Of a DNA stretch of 64,000 nucleotides, positions 30,167 through 41,448 are shown piece after piece. How positions within the stretch are numbered: position 1 is the first letter of the stretch; each line of letters opens with the position of its first letter. Origin of the DNA: a bacterium. GTDB lineage: Bacteria > Patescibacteriota > Minisyncoccia > UBA6257 > GWB1-50-10. The stretch lies in the NCBI GenBank assembly GCA_021801565.1, contig JAJYXV010000003.1, positions 196,894-260,893 of the forward strand. The letters run 5' to 3'. A program made the translations under genes and the position numbers. The notes under the pieces are model-generated. The model searched no databases. It was not told where the DNA came from and saw nothing but the letters and a program-made list of their open reading frames with translations.

Positions 30167-30838
30167 ATGTGGACGTCACATATAATTCTTCTGTTTTTTG
30201 CTTTTTTCATCCCGTTTCTTATAGGAACAATTCCGGTTGGATATCTGTTAGGAAAAATAAAAAAAGTTGATATACGAAATCACGGGAGCGGAGGTACTGG
30301 GGGTACAAATGTCGGAAGAATTCTTGGGAGTTTCTATGGATACCTTACCTACATTATTGATGGATTGAAGGCATATCTTGCGGTTACTCTCGTGCTGAAC
30401 ATCTTTTTTCTCACTGCGACCAAAGAATATTCATACGACATGTCACTTGAATTATTACAGTTTATCTTCGGTATTTCTGTGGTGCTGGGAAATATATTTA
30501 ATCCGTTTTTATCGTTTCGCTCCGGAAAAGGCATCGCGACATCCGCGGGAGTGATATTGGGCATTTCGTGGGAAGTTGCTTCAATTGCACTTCTTGCGTT
30601 TTTTATTTTTGGTTTTGCAACTGAAATTATTTCCGTAGCTTCAATTTTTTCTGTTATAATTGCCGGGATTACTTCCACAATTCTGTATAATTTCTTTCAT
30701 GCCGTGTCCATATTTACTGTGTATCTCTGTCTTTCTCTTCTCCCGGTTATCTTATTTTCTCATAGAGAAAATATAAGGCGGTTGATAAAGAGACAAGAAC
30801 CAAAGTTTTCATTCAAAAAGAAAAACCCCTCCGATTAG
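30167..30838 (+). CDS. plsY: glycerol-3-phosphate acyltransferase
   Basis: 223 aa. HGSGGTGGTNVGR (GSGNxGATN-like) and about 5 TM helices. AAAGGAGG ribosome-binding site. Confidence 0.75.
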   Translation: MWTSHIILLFFAFFIPFLIGTIPVGYLLGKIKKVDIRNHGSGGTGGTNVGRILGSFYGYLTYIIDGLKAYLAVTLVLNIFFLTATKEYSYDMSLELLQFIFGISVVLGNIFNPFLSFRSGKGIATSAGVILGISWEVASIALLAFFIFGFATEIISVASIFSVIIAGITSTILYNFFHAVSIFTVYLCLSLLPVILFSHRENIRRLIKRQEPKFSFKKKNPSD

Positions 30839-30899
30839 GGGGTTTTTTCATAAATTGAATTCTCCGGTTTTTTGGCATACGATATATGAAGTATTGGAG

Positions 30900-30986
30900 G
30901 GAGGGGTCGCATAGTGGTCTAGTGCGCAGTCCTGGAAAGACTGTATGTCAGAAATGGCATCGAGGGTTCAAATCCCTCCCCCTCCG
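30900..30986 (+). tRNA. tRNA-Ser (anticodon GGA)
   Basis: Acceptor GGAGGGG pairs with CCCCTCC. Anticodon loop ctGGAaa, a long variable arm and T-arm GAGGG-TTCAAAT-CCCTC. Discriminator G. No CCA encoded. Confidence 0.8.
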
Positions 30987-30990
30987 CATT

Positions 30991-31308
30991 ATGTATTGGA
31001 TTATATTTATTCTTGGAATGCTTACTAGTTCCATTTTTTTATACTTTTTTGCTGGAAAATATGAGGGAGATAAGATTGAACGGTCAATTCGTCCAAAAAT
31101 TGGAATGTATAGAATTCATATTCATCATTGGATATGGAGTTCTGTCGTTTTTATTTTCTGTATAATTTTTGAGTTTTATCATCTATTTATTCTCGGTATT
31201 TTAATTGGGTTTATATTACAAGGACTTATGTATAGAGATAGATTTATTATTTTTTATAAAGATGAAGATTTTAAAAAGATTTATTCAAAATATAAACTTG
31301 ACAAATAG
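30991..31308 (+). CDS. small membrane protein
   Basis: 105 aa from the ATG after the tRNA (MYWIIFILGML...). The track ORF start at 30886 overlaps the tRNA. Confidence 0.4.
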   Translation: MYWIIFILGMLTSSIFLYFFAGKYEGDKIERSIRPKIGMYRIHIHHWIWSSVVFIFCIIFEFYHLFILGILIGFILQGLMYRDRFIIFYKDEDFKKIYSKYKLDK

Positions 31309-31377
31309 CATATTTCTGTGTTAGTCTTAACAATAGAAAAGCTTTAATGTTCAAACAATTTAAAAAAGGAGAGTCGA

Positions 31378-31803
31378 GTGATAACTCGAATACGGAAAAA
31401 GATACAAATGCGAGCTGCAGAACTTACAGCTCTTATTGTCCAAGGTCTATTCTCGAGTGCGTCGACTTATGTGTATGAAGTCGTTTTTTTTACTATCGCA
31501 CAAGAAAAGTGGATCTTGGTTCGCTTAGTTTATAATGGAATAAAATATGCAACATTTTTTATTCCTGCAATATTGGATGATAAATTTAAAAGTACCTTTT
31601 TGAGAAAATGGGTGGCTGATGGACTTGCACTCACAATACATCAAGTTCCAATTTATATCATAAGTTCATTATTTTTTGGAATCGATGCCGAAAAAATAGT
31701 TTTTATCTCGATCATTTATTTAGTAGATAATTTTTCATTTGGCTGGGTCTATGGAGTTGTTCTTAGATGGGCGAGAGAAAAATTTATAACAAAGACCACC
31801 TGA
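31378..31803 (+). CDS. hypothetical membrane protein
   Basis: 141 aa. About 4 TM helices. Confidence 0.45.
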   Translation: MITRIRKKIQMRAAELTALIVQGLFSSASTYVYEVVFFTIAQEKWILVRLVYNGIKYATFFIPAILDDKFKSTFLRKWVADGLALTIHQVPIYIISSLFFGIDAEKIVFISIIYLVDNFSFGWVYGVVLRWAREKFITKTT

Positions 31804-31822
31804 ATTTAGGTGGTCTTTTTTT
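31793..31822. terminator. bidirectional terminator
   Basis: agaccacct-gaattt-aggtggtct hairpin followed by T7. The stop codon lies inside the hairpin. Confidence 0.7.
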
Positions 31823-32102
31823 ACCTTACTGCGATGTCTTTTGGTACTTCCTTGAGTAAGATCACGGGCATATCTGGAGATATGTGCGAAAGTACGTCAT
31901 CAATCCGTCTTTTCACATTGTGCTTGCTATGAATTCCATATGTTCTTTTCACCTTCTTAAAAACATGAAATGGTCTCTTGGGATCCACCTCCTCTCCTAG
32001 GAGCGGTGCAACAATAAATTCGTCTCCAATTTTCAAATCTTCAAATTTCAAAATTGGGACATTTTTCATCACCTCATCGAGAGTTCGATTATTCATATCC
32101 AC
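31821..32102 (-). CDS. hypothetical protein
   Basis: 93 aa. No motif recognised. Confidence 0.4.
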   Translation of the reverse strand: MDMNNRTLDEVMKNVPILKFEDLKIGDEFIVAPLLGEEVDPKRPFHVFKKVKRTYGIHSKHNVKRRIDDVLSHISPDMPVILLKEVPKDIAVR

Positions 32103-32202
32103 CTCTTTTTTTGTAAATAATATCTAAGTACAAAATACCACTTTTAATGAATCTGCGTCAATTTAAGTAAGTCTAAATAGAATATGTTGAAAGTATGTTA
32201 TT

Positions 32203-32670
32203 ATGATTTATATGATGAATCTCACATTTGATGAGCTTGGTAATGAAGAAAGAGAGTTATTAAACGAAGCCGAAAAAGCGATCACTGACGCATATAATCC
32301 ATATAACAGTCAAGCGCGTATCGGTGCCGCAGTACGCACAAAGTCTAATAAAATCATTGCAGGATCAAACATTGCAAACGTTTCTTCGACGGTAAATCTA
32401 TGTGCTGAACGCGCAGCATTCGCCGCCGCAAATGCAGAAGGTCATCGTGACATTATTGCGCTCGCGATTATCGGTACTGATGGTGATGGAGTTATAGAAG
32501 ATCCAATTATGCCGTGTGGAGTATGCAGACAGTTTATGGAAGAATATCTCACTATAAATGGCGGAGATATTTCAGTTATCTGTTCGAATAGTGCAAAAAG
32601 TAAAATTATAAAAACTTCTCTCAAAGAACTCCTCCCTCTTCCCTACGCCGGAAGTAGTGAAAAGAAATAG
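32203..32670 (+). CDS. cdd: cytidine deaminase
   Basis: 155 aa. CAERAAF (C/H-A-E zinc motif) and PCGVCRQFMEEY (PCxxCRQ). Confidence 0.85.
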   Translation: MIYMMNLTFDELGNEERELLNEAEKAITDAYNPYNSQARIGAAVRTKSNKIIAGSNIANVSSTVNLCAERAAFAAANAEGHRDIIALAIIGTDGDGVIEDPIMPCGVCRQFMEEYLTINGGDISVICSNSAKSKIIKTSLKELLPLPYAGSSEKK

Positions 32671-32692
32671 TGTAGAAATCTGAATTTTATTA

Positions 32693-32728
32693 TTGTCTAG
32701 TATGGAGCGATCGCTCCATACTAGACAA
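32693..32728. terminator. perfect 36-bp palindrome (bidirectional terminator candidate)
   Basis: ttgtctagtatggagcgatcgctccatactagacaa between convergent cdd and hydrolase genes, flanked by T/A runs. Confidence 0.55.
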
Positions 32729-32736
32729 TTTTCAAT

Positions 32737-33342
32737 TCAGGACAGATTTTTTATTGTTTCTACTAATTCAGGGAATTCTTCTTGTGTGAAGTGTCCCCTA
32801 TCTTTAAAAATCATTGCTTGGGCGCTCGGCAATGCTTTTTTATATTTCTCGCACTGAATAGGAAGCACTGAGGTGTCGTCTTGGCTCTGATAAAGAAAAA
32901 TTTTCCCTCCTTGTTTTTCAAATAATTCAAGTGAAGAAGGAAGTATAAAATCGACAAGCGATTCTTCATCGCCCTCGCCATCAAATGGCGCCGAAATAAG
33001 AATGGTAGCAGTTATGGTTTTTGGAAACTTATTTTCCGATAGATATTTTGCGAGAAATATCCCACCAAGAGAGTGTCCTACAAGAATTACTCCATCATCC
33101 AAGAATGGAACAAGTTTATCAAACCAGATTTTCCATTCGGCATATCGCGCATTGAGTGGATTCGGCATTCTTGGAAGAATGACGTCAAAATTATCTCCTA
33201 GTCTTTCCTGTAGTGTGGTTTTCCAATTTTCACCAGTGAAATAACTTAGATCATTAATTTCAAAACTTTTTAAAAAAGAAAGGTATTCTTCGTGTGTATC
33301 AAAACTATCTCCGCCGTGGATCACTACTATCTGTTTTTTCAT
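32737..33342 (-). CDS. alpha/beta hydrolase (YdeN/RBBP9-like serine hydrolase)
   Basis: 201 aa. GHSLGG nucleophile elbow with distal D and H. Confidence 0.65.
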   Translation of the reverse strand: MKKQIVVIHGGDSFDTHEEYLSFLKSFEINDLSYFTGENWKTTLQERLGDNFDVILPRMPNPLNARYAEWKIWFDKLVPFLDDGVILVGHSLGGIFLAKYLSENKFPKTITATILISAPFDGEGDEESLVDFILPSSLELFEKQGGKIFLYQSQDDTSVLPIQCEKYKKALPSAQAMIFKDRGHFTQEEFPELVETIKNLS

Positions 33343-33346
33343 AGCA

Positions 33347-33751
33347 TTATGAATTAAGTGCGAATCTTATCTGTTTAATATGGTGGTCGAAGTGTGGTTC
33401 GCGCCCCTCGTCAAATACCCATTCAGAATAGTTGCTTTGCCGCACTTCATCTTCACCAATTCTATTAATTTCTTCTTCTAGAACATCTTGCCACTCTTTT
33501 AATTCGGCTAAAAGTTGTGAAGGAGAAAAATCTTTATACTCTTCATAAATTTCTGCATTAAAATCATCATAGTTATCAGTGTCCATAAACCACGGATCTT
33601 CACCATTTTCCCACGCCATTGGGAGTTTTTCCGCAATTTCTCTTTCCCACCCAACAAGATGAGATAGCACATCTTTTACTTTCCATAATCTTGTGACCGG
33701 CTTTTCCCAGTCCCCTGATTTTAAACTCTTAAAAAATGAAATGACATCCAT
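33347..33751 (-). CDS. DinB/YfiT-like four-helix-bundle protein
   Basis: 134 aa. DVLSHLVGWE...HHIKQI motif pattern. Weak call. Confidence 0.35.
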   Translation of the reverse strand: MDVISFFKSLKSGDWEKPVTRLWKVKDVLSHLVGWEREIAEKLPMAWENGEDPWFMDTDNYDDFNAEIYEEYKDFSPSQLLAELKEWQDVLEEEINRIGEDEVRQSNYSEWVFDEGREPHFDHHIKQIRFALNS

Positions 33752-33755
33752 GTTT

Positions 33756-34214
33756 TTATTTTAATATAAGTTTTATAACTCTTTCTATATTTCCCGACAT
33801 GTGGATTAATTTTGTTGGCTTAAATCCAATTTTTTCGTACCACAAACCTGGTTTTTTATACGCCAGGAATTCATGGATAACACATCCTTTCTTCATGGCC
33901 GATTTCATCATAACAAGATACAATTGTGTTCCAATCTTCTTTCCTTGATACTTCGGATCAACAAAAATTTCTCCCTCAGCAAGATGTTTTCCGTCCCACC
34001 ATGGTTTTATATAAGAAAAAAATGCTCCACAAATTTTTCCATCGTAAATTGCGGTGAAGCCAATAAATGTTTTTGTTTTTAGGTAAAATTCAAGTAGTGC
34101 CTTCGCTTGGGTAAGGTTCCAAGACTCATTATTATGTGTGGCATCATATGTCTTTTTATAGATCCCTGCCAACACCTTTATATCAGATATTTTTGTTTTT
34201 CTGATAATTATCAT
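33756..34214 (-). CDS. GNAT-family N-acetyltransferase
   Basis: 152 aa. QGKKIGTQLY acetyl-CoA-binding motif. Confidence 0.65.
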   Translation of the reverse strand: MIIIRKTKISDIKVLAGIYKKTYDATHNNESWNLTQAKALLEFYLKTKTFIGFTAIYDGKICGAFFSYIKPWWDGKHLAEGEIFVDPKYQGKKIGTQLYLVMMKSAMKKGCVIHEFLAYKKPGLWYEKIGFKPTKLIHMSGNIERVIKLILK

Positions 34215-34243
34215 ATCTATTTAATTAAACCACAAAATATTTT

Positions 34244-34900
34244 CTATTTGAATCTTGGTTTTTTGATAACTTGTACTACCTTTCCGTTGATCATAAAATT
34301 GTCGTTTTCGTGAATATAAATTGGAGGAAATTCTTTTGTAGATTCGGACATAAGAACTACATAATTGTTTTCTTTATCGAAATGAAATTTTTTGATGTTT
34401 GCCATTCCATCGATAATTGAAAGTACAATATCTCCATTTTTCACGTTTTTATCATCCACATCCACAATGACATAATCTCCATCTTCAATTCGTTTTCCAT
34501 CTATTTTCGCTCGATTCATACTTGGTCCAACTACTTTCAAGGCAAATAGTCTCCTTTCACGAATACGTGCCGGCATGAGGAGTGAACTTGATATCTTCAA
34601 AAACCCCTCGATGTTAGTCTCAGCGAATATCTGTGCTGGACCGGCGTTTACTGCTCCTAAAATGGGTATAGTGAGGAGTTTTCCGTTTCCCGACATAGTT
34701 TCCCACTCCTGCTTGGTTTTCTTTATGAGCCCCCTTACCTTGTCAATTTTTATGAGTCCCTTCTTCTGAAGTTGTAACAGGTGATGTTTCACTTTCTGCG
34801 GCGACTTTTCGTTAATAAACGACCCAATTTCTCTTAGTGTGTGTTGCCCAAGATTTTTTGTTTGAGCAACACGGAGTAATTCTTCTTGTATTTTGTGCAT
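34244..34900 (-). CDS. lexA: LexA repressor (S24 peptidase)
   Basis: 218 aa. N-terminal winged helix-turn-helix, then LKVVGPSM (Ser nucleophile) and Lys in KGEI-like region. TATAAT ends 6 nt before the ATG. Confidence 0.85.
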   Translation of the reverse strand: MHKIQEELLRVAQTKNLGQHTLREIGSFINEKSPQKVKHHLLQLQKKGLIKIDKVRGLIKKTKQEWETMSGNGKLLTIPILGAVNAGPAQIFAETNIEGFLKISSSLLMPARIRERRLFALKVVGPSMNRAKIDGKRIEDGDYVIVDVDDKNVKNGDIVLSIIDGMANIKKFHFDKENNYVVLMSESTKEFPPIYIHENDNFMINGKVVQVIKKPRFK

Positions 34901-35109
34901 GTGCTCATTATAGCATATTTTACATTTTCAAACCATTCCACCATAACTCTTGACGTAATATAGTAGATTTATGTTAACGGATCCGCATTTTTACACTTAA
35001 ATACAAACAGCACCTAACGATATGGATGTAACTATGAGTCTCATCCTTATTTATCTACTTGTCGACTGTAAGAAACTCATCGAGAAGATGAAGGTTAAAA
35101 AAGGGATTA

Positions 35110-35150
35110 GAAAAAAGAAAATAATTAAAATCCCCTGAAACTACGGGATT
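35110..35150 (-). terminator. rho-independent terminator downstream of htpX
   Basis: atccc-ctgaaactac-gggat hairpin with a T-rich tail on the minus strand. Confidence 0.55.
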
Positions 35151-35157
35151 TTTTATT

Positions 35158-36075
35158 TTATTGATTTCTTAGTGCCTTAATGCGTTCATATACCGGCGGA
35201 TGAGTCATAAACAGTTTATGGATAAATGAAATTTTCTGTTTATTCCCCTCTTCGTCTTGTTTATCAAACGGATCATCAAACCATAAATGGGAGGTTGTAT
35301 TATTTGCCACATTCAAGGGCGTACTGTCCTGTGAAATTTTTTCAAGTGCACTTGCGAGCCCTTCTGGATAGCGTGTGAGGAGTGCTCCCGACGCATCGGC
35401 AAGGAACTCTCTCTTTCGTGAAATCGCGAGTTGCATAAGCATTGCAACAATCGGAGAAATAATTGCGAGTCCAATACCAATGAGAACAAGTATATTTCCT
35501 CCCTGTCCCCCTTCGCTATCTCTATCCCGTCCTCTCGAAAAAAGCGAAGTACGAAGAAAGAAATCGGAGATGAGCGAAACAAATCCGACAAGAATCACTA
35601 TAATTGTTGAAATGAGTGTGTCGCGGTTTCCGATGTGAGAAAGTTCGTGTGCCAGCACTCCCTCCACTTCATTTTTATTTAATCGTTCCAAGAGACCTCT
35701 TGTGACCGCAACAACTCCGTGTTCCGGATCTCGTCCGGTTGCAAATGCGTTTGGCGCATCTTCATATATTACATAAAGTTTTGGCATTGGCAGACCGGCA
35801 GTGATTGAGAGATTCTCCACTATATTCCATAGTTGTGGTTCCTGTTCTTTTGTGACGGGAATCGCATTTGCCATTCGAAGTACTATTTGATCAGAATACC
35901 AATAACTCACATAACTCATTACACAAGAAAAAATAATTGCGAATAGTAATATTCCTGGGCTGTTATATATATACGAAAATCCCCATCCAATTCCGATGAT
36001 AATAATAAAAAAAACTGTAAATAACAGATATGTTTTTCTCACATTTGAATCCTTTTGTGTGTATAGCGTAGCCAT
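35158..36075 (-). CDS. htpX: M48 zinc metalloprotease HtpX
   Basis: 305 aa. HELSHIGNRD (HExxH), N-terminal TM pairs and a C-terminal MTHPP-like motif. Confidence 0.85.
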   Translation of the reverse strand: MATLYTQKDSNVRKTYLLFTVFFIIIIGIGWGFSYIYNSPGILLFAIIFSCVMSYVSYWYSDQIVLRMANAIPVTKEQEPQLWNIVENLSITAGLPMPKLYVIYEDAPNAFATGRDPEHGVVAVTRGLLERLNKNEVEGVLAHELSHIGNRDTLISTIIVILVGFVSLISDFFLRTSLFSRGRDRDSEGGQGGNILVLIGIGLAIISPIVAMLMQLAISRKREFLADASGALLTRYPEGLASALEKISQDSTPLNVANNTTSHLWFDDPFDKQDEEGNKQKISFIHKLFMTHPPVYERIKALRNQ

Positions 36076-36114
36076 TAGACTAATTTTAAGTTTAAAATTT
36101 TAAATTTCAAATTT

Positions 36115-38097
36115 TTAACTTGCGCCTCCACCGCCGCCACCGCCACCTCCTCCGGCACCACCCGATCCTGTCCCACCAGCACCCCCGGTGCTTGCAAAAG
36201 CGTTTGTAAATGCAGATGAGAAGCTATTACTAAATAATACTGGAGAAAATGTGGCGTTAATTGATCCCGAGACCGCACCTATAACCGGGGTTGTTCCATA
36301 CCATTCTGGTGGCGGTATGTGCATTCCTTCAAATGTCTTCGACCACTGTTTTTCCACACCAAAAATCATTGCATAAGGAAGATATTTTTCGAACATTTCT
36401 GGTGTTAGATTTTTTACCCGATCCTTTTCAGTAACCGAAAGAAACATTTTAAATCCGAGTAATTTTTGCCTCATCTCTATTCCTTTCTCAGAAAGTTCCG
36501 CCTCAAATTTTATGAAACCCCAGAGTGCGAGTGAGGCACTGATACACGAAAGAAAAATAATCCAGAATTGGAAATGGGAATTTAACATAAATATATTTTT
36601 TCCTATCGTGATTCCGAGGATCATAAAAAATAGTGCGCCCATAAAAGATGGAATCATATATTTTTCCTTTTGTATTCCCCCGTTCAAAAACGCTCCCGTA
36701 TCTATATCAAGTTCCTTTAATATGTTTTCTTTAATTATCGTCATTTTTTGTGAAAATTCTCTTTGTTTTTCTTGATCTTTTTTCAATTCTTGAAATGAAA
36801 ATTTTTTCCATCCACCAAATATTACCTCAATATACTCCTTTTCAAAATCATGAAGATTATTGTCAATGGGTTTTATGAGCTCAAGCGTATAAAGTTTTTT
36901 GGTGTTCATAAGGAATGTTCGAATTATGGAGATAAAAACGATAACGGAAATTAGTTCAAAGATGAAGAGTTGCGGTGAAAACATATGCACCTTTAAAAAT
37001 ATAAAGAAGAAGGAACCTATCAGTATTACGAATATGATGATTATAATTGTTCTTAATACACCAAAAATATTGAGCTGTGACAGATAATTAGATATTCTTC
37101 CTTTATCCTCTTCATTTATTTTTATGTACCCGCGGACTGCAAGTGAAACAATGGTTGCTGCAAATCCTTTTGGAGATATATTCTCTTTCGTAATCCCCTC
37201 GGCATATATTGGAGGTGTGTTTTCCGGGGGCTCATATTCTGGAATAATTGTTCCCCTTCCTTTTTCTCTCTTTTTTCCTTTAAGCCAATGGAAGAGCCCA
37301 ATTATGAAAGCAATAAGAAAGACAAGAACTGAAAGTATATATCCAAATTTTAGGCTGACATAATCTCTAATGAATGAATTAAATGATGGGATGCCATTGG
37401 GCCATCCAACGTCTATTGTGAATGCTTCGCCTGAATAAAAATTTGAAGCATGAAATTGGAGCGTGTGCCGGTCGATACGAGTTTCTATGGCAGATCCACC
37501 CCCTCCTCGATACGAAGTAGAAATAATTTGAGTCGCATCTATTTCATTTGGAAGTCTTACTATCACCGTTGAATTTTTTATTGGAACAGTATAATCAGTA
37601 AAAATATTCCAATATAATCTTGTCTGGTCTTTTAAAAATTGAATACTTCCGTGAATGGTATATCGAATAACCCATTCGTGTTCTTCGTTTGATGCATCGT
37701 AATACCACTCAATAATCTGCTTTCCATTTTCTTTAAATATCGTGTATTTTCCCCAACTTGAAGGATCTTCTTTATTTAGTCTTCTTGATGAATATTCAAG
37801 TTCTTTTTGACTCCTTAAATCAAAAACGCTTATGTCCGAAATCTCTGAAATATCTTTGAGCGGAATTTCACGCCACCCCTGATGATATGTCCCAGAAAAT
37901 AAAAATTTCTGATGTTCTTCTACTTTGATTGTTGAGTCTTTATTTACTTCTATATTTGCGTTTATAGAGGTGTATTCATACGAACGCTCTTGTGCGAATA
38001 TTTTTTGCGGAAAAATAATACAAACAATAAAAAATATAGAAACAAAAAACACCCCCCATCCGAGGATACGACTCGTATGTCGGAGAGTGTTTTTCAT
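36115..38097 (-). CDS. DUF2207-family membrane protein with Gly-rich C-terminus
   Basis: 660 aa. Signal/TM, large extracytoplasmic domain, several TM helices, and a C-terminus GGAGGTGSGGAGGGGGGGGGGAS typical of DUF2207. Confidence 0.65.
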   Translation of the reverse strand: MKNTLRHTSRILGWGVFFVSIFFIVCIIFPQKIFAQERSYEYTSINANIEVNKDSTIKVEEHQKFLFSGTYHQGWREIPLKDISEISDISVFDLRSQKELEYSSRRLNKEDPSSWGKYTIFKENGKQIIEWYYDASNEEHEWVIRYTIHGSIQFLKDQTRLYWNIFTDYTVPIKNSTVIVRLPNEIDATQIISTSYRGGGGSAIETRIDRHTLQFHASNFYSGEAFTIDVGWPNGIPSFNSFIRDYVSLKFGYILSVLVFLIAFIIGLFHWLKGKKREKGRGTIIPEYEPPENTPPIYAEGITKENISPKGFAATIVSLAVRGYIKINEEDKGRISNYLSQLNIFGVLRTIIIIIFVILIGSFFFIFLKVHMFSPQLFIFELISVIVFISIIRTFLMNTKKLYTLELIKPIDNNLHDFEKEYIEVIFGGWKKFSFQELKKDQEKQREFSQKMTIIKENILKELDIDTGAFLNGGIQKEKYMIPSFMGALFFMILGITIGKNIFMLNSHFQFWIIFLSCISASLALWGFIKFEAELSEKGIEMRQKLLGFKMFLSVTEKDRVKNLTPEMFEKYLPYAMIFGVEKQWSKTFEGMHIPPPEWYGTTPVIGAVSGSINATFSPVLFSNSFSSAFTNAFASTGGAGGTGSGGAGGGGGGGGGGAS

Positions 38098-38103
38098 ATT
38101 TAT

Positions 38104-38658
38104 TTAAAACTGAACCTTTACTGGTTGTTTTTCCGCTTCATTTTCAAGCTCAAAGAATTCTCTTTTCTCGAATTTAAACATTCCCGCGATTAGATTGTAT
38201 GGGAATATTTCAATCTTTGTGTTTAAGTCGCGCACATTTCCGTTATAGAATCTTCGTGCTGCCTGAATTTTATCTTCCGTGTCGGTAAGTTCGTCTTGAA
38301 GCTTTGTGAAACTTTCCACTGCGCGAAGTTGCGGGTATGCTTCTGCAATTGCAAAGATACTTTTGAGTGCTGAGCTTACCATATTATCCGCGGCTTCTTT
38401 TTCTTTTACCGATTGTGCTCCAAGTGCCTGTGCACGAGCTTTTGTGACATTTTCGAATGCCGCGTTTTCGTGCGTTGCATATCCCTTCACTGTTGCGACA
38501 AGATTTGGGATAAGATCATACCGACGTTTTAGCTGTACCTCAATATCCGCCCACGCCTCTTTTGTACGATTTACAAGGCGGACAAACCCGTTGTATGCGG
38601 CAATAAGCCATACTATAACAAGCGCAACAACGACCAATACGATTGTAAGAATACTCAT
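38104..38658 (-). CDS. lemA: LemA family protein
   Basis: 184 aa. N-terminal TM helix then NGFVRLVN...WADIEVQLKRRYDLIPNLV, the LemA signature. Confidence 0.8.
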   Translation of the reverse strand: MSILTIVLVVVALVIVWLIAAYNGFVRLVNRTKEAWADIEVQLKRRYDLIPNLVATVKGYATHENAAFENVTKARAQALGAQSVKEKEAADNMVSSALKSIFAIAEAYPQLRAVESFTKLQDELTDTEDKIQAARRFYNGNVRDLNTKIEIFPYNLIAGMFKFEKREFFELENEAEKQPVKVQF

Positions 38659-38761
38659 AATATAAAAATAATTTCAGCCCGAGGCTGATCCGCCCTCTTT
38701 TTGTTTTATACCGCCTTGGCGGATGGCGGAGACCTTTTATGAACAAATTATATACCAAAAA

Positions 38762-38793
38762 TAACGAAATAAAAAGAGCCAATGTGCGGCTCT
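38762..38793. terminator. hairpin terminator between thyX and lemA
   Basis: agagcc-aatgtgc-ggctct with T-runs on both strands. Confidence 0.5.
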
Positions 38794-38802
38794 TTTATAC
38801 AT

Positions 38803-39690
38803 TTAAGGAGTGATCAATACGTTTAATTTTTCTAGTTTCTTTAAAAACTCTTCAGTTTCACGCTTATTTCCACCAAAAAGATCATTTTTTATTTGTTCAA
38901 TTTCAGGGACAAAAAGAGGAGTTGCTTCTAATTTGTCTTTTATCCATTGAATTTCCGGAGCGGAGAATATAACTGCATTGAGTGAATAATCTTCGAACGC
39001 CTCGTACGATAATGGACACAAATCTTTTACAATTTGTGCGATTGCTTTGGCATACATGCGGATTTCATATTGTGCGTGTGGATCAAGACGAAGTTTTAGA
39101 AAATGCAGAAGATTGTGTAAGTCAATCTTCCAATACGCTTCCGTATACGTGGAAAGCGGAAGATCTTTTCTTGCTTGCTCTTTTGCTATGCCAGCATCAA
39201 TTCTCTTTTTATACACGTCGCTGGCGATTTTATGAAACTCTTTTTCTTCTTCTGAAAATTTATTTCCCAGTTCAGCATTTAAGAAACCGCTACTTCCCTG
39301 TTTATTGTCTGGCGATTGAAGACGCCAGTTTTCGGGGGATGTTTCTTGTTTTTCATCGATAGCGAGAGAGTATCTCGTTGAATATTCATTTACATTCGCT
39401 GTTCGATGTCGTATCCATTGGCGCCAACAATCCATTGGAACTTTAACGTGAAATTTGAATTCCACCATTTCAAATGGACTTGTGTGTTTATGACGCATTA
39501 AATAGCGGATTAGCCCTCTGTCTTCACTGATTTTTTTCGTTCCCTTTCCGTATGAAACCCGTGCCGCCTGAACAACGGAATAATCATCACCCATGACATC
39601 CTCTAAACGAACAAACCCCTTATCCAAACATCTTATGGGAGTCTCCTTCCATTTCTCTATTTTTGCAATATTATTTTTATTCTCTTCCAT
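38803..39690 (-). CDS. thyX: flavin-dependent thymidylate synthase
   Basis: 295 aa. ThyX signature RHRTANVNEYSTRY (RHR-x7-S-x-RY). Confidence 0.85.
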   Translation of the reverse strand: MEENKNNIAKIEKWKETPIRCLDKGFVRLEDVMGDDYSVVQAARVSYGKGTKKISEDRGLIRYLMRHKHTSPFEMVEFKFHVKVPMDCWRQWIRHRTANVNEYSTRYSLAIDEKQETSPENWRLQSPDNKQGSSGFLNAELGNKFSEEEKEFHKIASDVYKKRIDAGIAKEQARKDLPLSTYTEAYWKIDLHNLLHFLKLRLDPHAQYEIRMYAKAIAQIVKDLCPLSYEAFEDYSLNAVIFSAPEIQWIKDKLEATPLFVPEIEQIKNDLFGGNKRETEEFLKKLEKLNVLITP

Positions 39691-39780
39691 AACTCACTTC
39701 TTCTTTGTTAATAAAACTATCTCAAGGATAACAAAAAACCGACTACTTTTACAAGTAACCGGTTTTGAAGGAATCTGATC

Positions 39781-41448
<1,668 letters not shown>

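Noticed and set aside
30886-30990. N-terminal extension of ORF 30886-31308 across tRNA-Ser
   Set aside because: The extension is translated from the tRNA sequence itself (GSHSGLVRSPG...). The real start is the ATG just after the tRNA.
34901-35157. LexA (SOS) box upstream of lexA
   Set aside because: No GAAC-N4-GTTC or CTGT-N8-ACAG dyad is present. Only GTTAAC and imperfect dyads are, which is insufficient to call an operator.
36115-36185. GGN-rich simple repeat at the 3' end of the DUF2207 gene, considered as a CRISPR-like or microsatellite feature
   Set aside because: It is in-frame coding for the poly-Gly tail characteristic of DUF2207 proteins. There is no repeat-spacer architecture.
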